Shown: positions 60,954-64,000 of the stretch, piece by piece
Numbering within the stretch: the stretch's first letter is position 1
Layout of the letters: each line of letters opens with the position of its first letter
Notes under the pieces: model-generated
The model's input: the letters and a program-made list of their open reading frames with translations, nothing else
What the model was told of the DNA's origin: nothing
Databases searched by the model: none
Assembly: GCA_964649225.1 (NCBI GenBank)
Contig: CAZYPO010000006.1
Coordinates: forward strand, 2,001-66,000
Direction: 5' to 3'
Origin: an uncultured Gemmatimonas sp.
Lineage (GTDB): Bacteria > Gemmatimonadota > Gemmatimonadetes > Gemmatimonadales > GWC2-71-9
DNA length: 64,000 nucleotides
Translations under genes and position numbers: made by a program

Positions 60954-61352
60954 ATGATGCGCCTGAGCGTATTCCTTGTGGTTGCCGGCCTGGCGGGCTG
61001 TCTCGAGGCGAACGTCCCCGAGGTGGTCACGGGCGACTGGGGTGGCCAGCACCTGGGACTGGTGGCAAGCAGCAGCGGCGCAACTCTGGAATACGACTGC
61101 GCCGCGGGCAACATCAACGAACCGATCCGCCCCGATGCGGCGGGCAGGTTTTCGGTGTCCGGCGAGCATTACCCGGGGCATGGCGGCCCCAGCTTCAGCG
61201 ACGAGACCCCGATCAAGCGGCCGGCCCGCTATGACGGCAGGGTGCGGGGAGAGAATATGACGCTCACGGTCACCCTGACCGATCGTAACGAAGTACTGGG
61301 GAGCTTTACGCTGCGATTCGGCCGGACTCCGTACGTTTTCAAGTGTCTCTGA
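60954..61352 (+). CDS. hypothetical lipoprotein
   Basis: 132 aa. Lipobox VVAGLAGC. Confidence 0.6.
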   Translation: MMRLSVFLVVAGLAGCLEANVPEVVTGDWGGQHLGLVASSSGATLEYDCAAGNINEPIRPDAAGRFSVSGEHYPGHGGPSFSDETPIKRPARYDGRVRGENMTLTVTLTDRNEVLGSFTLRFGRTPYVFKCL

Positions 61353-61360
61353 GCGGCGCC

Positions 61361-61597
61361 ATGGGCTTCCGCAAGTTCATCGATCGTGACAAGCAAGAGT
61401 GGGAGATCCGCGACGCCGCGCGCTCGCGTTGGGAATTCAGCCCGACGGGTGACAACCGGCTTCCGCCGCGAACGGTGGAACCGCCGGGGTACGAACAGGA
61501 CCCCTACGAGCTGAGCCAGGAGGAGCTGCAGGCGCTGCTCGACGCCAGTGCCGCCGAGACCAAGCGGGCGGTGAAGAACCCCTTCGGCGATTCATGA
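61361..61597 (+). CDS. hypothetical small protein
   Basis: MGFRKFIDRDKQEWEIRDAARSRWEFSP... GTG 61343 is an alternative start. Confidence 0.5.
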   Translation: MGFRKFIDRDKQEWEIRDAARSRWEFSPTGDNRLPPRTVEPPGYEQDPYELSQEELQALLDASAAETKRAVKNPFGDS

Positions 61598-62619
61598 CGC
61601 TGCGCTTGGCGTGCGCCGGGGCGATCCTGGCGCTGCTCCCGGCGCCGGCCGCCGCGCAGGGGTCTCCCAAAGTCCATCGGCTTCCCGCCACGCCGCAGAC
61701 GGTGGCGTGGGGCTACTACTCCGCCGCGGCCAAGCCGGTGCTGCGCATTGCCTCGGGCGACATCGTCGAGGTCGAGACCCTGCTCACCAGCTCGCCCAGC
61801 CGGCTGGAGGCCGCGGGCGTCCCCGCGGCGGAGATCGAGACCTCGCTCCGGGCGATCACCGATTCGGTGATGGACAAAGGCCCCGGTGGGCACATCCTGA
61901 CCGGACCGATTTACGTGGAAAGCGCCGAGCCGGGAGACGTGCTCGAAGTGCGCATTCTCCGGGTCTCGCTCGCGATTCCGTATGGATACAACGGCTGCAG
62001 CGGCTTCCTGCGCGAATTGTGCGCCGATCCCCGCACCCGCATCATCCGGCTCGACGACAAACGCATGCGAGCCGATCTGGGTGGCGGCATCGTGGTGCCA
62101 CTCAAGCCCTTCTTCGGCAGCATGGGCGTGGCCCCGCCGCCCGATTCCGGGCGGGTCAGCAGCAATCCCCCGGGCATCCACGCCGGCAACCTCGACAACA
62201 AGGAGCTGGTGGCGGGCACCACCCTGTTCATCCCGGTGCACGTGGCGGGCGCCCTGTTTGAAGTGGGCGATGGGCACGCGGCGCAGGGCGACGGCGAGGT
62301 GGATCAAACCGCGATCGAGACGTCGCTGCGGGGCCGGCTGCAGCTGATCGTGCGGAAGGACATGAAACTGCTGTGGCCGCGGGGGGAGACCAAGACCGAC
62401 ATCATCACGATGGGCACCGACACCAGCCTGACCGTGGCGACCCGTATCGCGCTGCGGGAAATGGTGGCCTACTTGATGGCCGCGAAGGCGCTGACGCAAG
62501 TCGAGGCGTACCGGTTGGCGAGCATCGCTGCGGATCTGCACATCACCCAGCTGGTCGATCAGCGGGTCGGCGTGCACATGATGATTCCCAAAAAAGTACT
62601 CGGCCTCCCTTTACGCTGA
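61594..62619 (+). CDS. acetamidase/formamidase family protein (secreted)
   Basis: 341 aa with a signal peptide. GPIYVESAEPGDVLEVRI..., GNLDNKEL..., GDGHAAQGDGEV. Confidence 0.85.
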   Translation: MTLRLACAGAILALLPAPAAAQGSPKVHRLPATPQTVAWGYYSAAAKPVLRIASGDIVEVETLLTSSPSRLEAAGVPAAEIETSLRAITDSVMDKGPGGHILTGPIYVESAEPGDVLEVRILRVSLAIPYGYNGCSGFLRELCADPRTRIIRLDDKRMRADLGGGIVVPLKPFFGSMGVAPPPDSGRVSSNPPGIHAGNLDNKELVAGTTLFIPVHVAGALFEVGDGHAAQGDGEVDQTAIETSLRGRLQLIVRKDMKLLWPRGETKTDIITMGTDTSLTVATRIALREMVAYLMAAKALTQVEAYRLASIAADLHITQLVDQRVGVHMMIPKKVLGLPLR

Positions 62620-62631
62620 GGAGCTCCTGGC

Positions 62632-64000
62632 GTGTTCCTGCAAAACCCCAGGTCCCAGACTGCCTACGACGTCATCATCGTCGGCTCCGGTGCCGGTGGT
62701 GGGATGGCGGCGTATCAGCTCGCGGTGGCAGGCCTCAAGGTGCTGGTGCTCGAAGCGGGTCGTCGCTATGACCCGGTCACCGAGACGCCGATGTTCCAGC
62801 TGCCCAAAGACGCGCCGCTGCGCGGCGGCGGGACGCGCGAGAAGCCGTTCGGCTTTTACGACGCCACGGTCGATGGTGGCTGGGAGGTTCCCGGGGAGCC
62901 CTACACCACCGCGCCGGGAAGTGAATTCCGCTGGTGGCGCGCCCGGATGCTGGGCGGGCGGACCAACCATTGGGGCCGGATCTCGCTGCGGATGGGTCCC
63001 TACGATTTCGAGCCGAAGACGCGCGACGGTCTCGGCGCCGACTGGCCGATCAGCTACGAGGATCTGGCGCCCTACTACGACAAGACCGAGATGCTGGTGG
63101 GCATCTACGGCGACAACAACGGGCTGGAGAACACGCCCGATTCTTCGCCCGGGGTGTTGCTACCGCCACCCGCCGCGCGTCCCTCCGAGCTGCTCACCAA
63201 GCAGGCCTGCGGGCCGCTGGGCATTCCGGTCATCCCGGCGCACCGCGCGGTGCTCTCGGTGCGGCAGGACGCCAACACCCTGCCCCGCAAGCTGCATCCG
63301 AACAACCCGCTGGCCCGCCGCGTGCTGGCCGAGTCGATGCGGAGCCGGCAGGCCTGCTTCTGGGCCACGGAGTGCGGACGGGGCTGCTCGATCAAGGCCA
63401 ACTTCCAGTCTACCACAGTGCTGATTCCTCCCGCGCTCGCCACCGGCAATTGCGATATCGTGCCCGACGCGATGGTGCGCGAGGTGACGGTGGACAAGGC
63501 GGGACGGGCCACCGGCGTGAGCTACATCGACAAGCACACGCGCACCGACCGGCACGTCACGGCGCGGGTCGTGGTCCTGGCGGCCAGTGCCTGCGAGACC
63601 GCGCGCATCCTGCTCAACTCCAGGAGCACGCTCTTCCCCAACGGCGTGGCCAACGAGAGCGGGTTAGTGGGCAAGTACCTGATGGATACGGTGGGCGCGG
63701 GCATCTCGGGCCAGATCCCGGCGCTGGAGAACCTGCCCCCCTACCACTACGACGGCGCCGGCGGCATTCACATGTATATGCCCTGGTGGCTCTACCAGGA
63801 GCAGCTGGCCGGGAAGCTGGGCTTCGCGCGGGGCTATCACGTGGAGTTCGGGGGTGGCAAGGGCATGCCGGGTCCGGGAAGCTTCGGCGGGCTGGAGAGT
63901 TACACGGAGGGCGCCTACGGGAAGCGCTTCAAGGAAGCGGCGCGGCGCTACTACGGCTCGTTCATGTATTTCGACGGCCGCGGCGAGATGATCCCCAACG
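62632..64000 (+). CDS. GMC family FAD-dependent oxidoreductase (3' end outside window)
   Basis: Translated by hand; not in the track because it has no stop inside the window. GTG 62632 follows GAGGAG. YDVIIVGSGAGGGMAAYQLAVAGLKVLVLEAG...RMLGGRTNHWG... Open to nt 64000. Confidence 0.85.
   Translation, partial: MFLQNPRSQTAYDVIIVGSGAGGGMAAYQLAVAGLKVLVLEAGRRYDPVTETPMFQLPKDAPLRGGGTREKPFGFYDATVDGGWEVPGEPYTTAPGSEFRWWRARMLGGRTNHWGRISLRMGPYDFEPKTRDGLGADWPISYEDLAPYYDKTEMLVGIYGDNNGLENTPDSSPGVLLPPPAARPSELLTKQACGPLGIPVIPAHRAVLSVRQDANTLPRKLHPNNPLARRVLAESMRSRQACFWATECGRGCSIKANFQSTTVLIPPALATGNCDIVPDAMVREVTVDKAGRATGVSYIDKHTRTDRHVTARVVVLAASACETARILLNSRSTLFPNGVANESGLVGKYLMDTVGAGISGQIPALENLPPYHYDGAGGIHMYMPWWLYQEQLAGKLGFARGYHVEFGGGKGMPGPGSFGGLESYTEGAYGKRFKEAARRYYGSFMYFDGRGEMIPN

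Noticed and set aside
1-64000. Mobile elements, prophage, CRISPR arrays, defence systems, tRNA or rRNA genes
   Set aside because: Reading all ORFs of 60 aa or more, and the gaps between them, I found no transposase, integrase, recombinase, Cas, restriction-modification, phage structural or RNA gene signatures. No long terminal repeats were noticed.

Overview
High-GC bacterial chromosomal segment. Gene content resembles soil Gemmatimonadota/Acidobacteriota-type genomes, but that is only a guess from reading the proteins. The window opens with an origin-proximal partition locus: the 3' end of mnmG, two parS palindromes, an AT-rich promoter island, then a translationally coupled parA-parB-M23 peptidase-bactofilin operon. 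Next is a BMP-family (nucleoside-type) ABC importer, convergent with a minus-strand EEP-nuclease-like / 5'-nucleotidase pair. From about 12.5 kb to the end the genes are almost all plus-strand, small and tightly packed stress, detox and housekeeping-accessory genes. These include about 6 DinB-like, 4 VOC/glyoxalase, 2 GNAT, 3 DUF1801-type and 2 DUF2911 genes, plus SRPBCC, MsrA, MsrB and many lipoproteins. Also present: a ureohydrolase/DDAH/methyltransferase cluster, a second bactofilin with a zinc-ribbon partner, GH20 hexosaminidase, LspA, a degenerate hybrid histidine kinase, M24 peptidase, LOG-like+PnuC, an APC permease, formamidase and a GMC oxidoreductase that runs off the 3' end. I recognised no rRNA, tRNA, CRISPR array, transposase, integrase, phage gene or known defence system. 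Main points for a second look: (1) the parABS-M23-bactofilin operon; (2) a perfect 23-bp inverted repeat built from tandem octamers, inserted in frame in the ABC ATPase linker; (3) many genes that look frameshifted, nonsense-interrupted or internally shortened versus their families, which means either real gene decay or assembly error; (4) an EEP gene whose conserved N-terminal extension (zinc ribbon plus TM helices) has no canonical start codon; (5) a hybrid sensor kinase lacking the phospho-acceptor His and with degenerate ATP-binding boxes; (6) several genes with a -10-like hexamer 5-6 nt upstream of the start codon (possible leaderless mRNAs), two of them in tiny repeat-containing divergent intergenic regions. 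All family assignments come from reading the translations and recalling family motifs; no database search was run.
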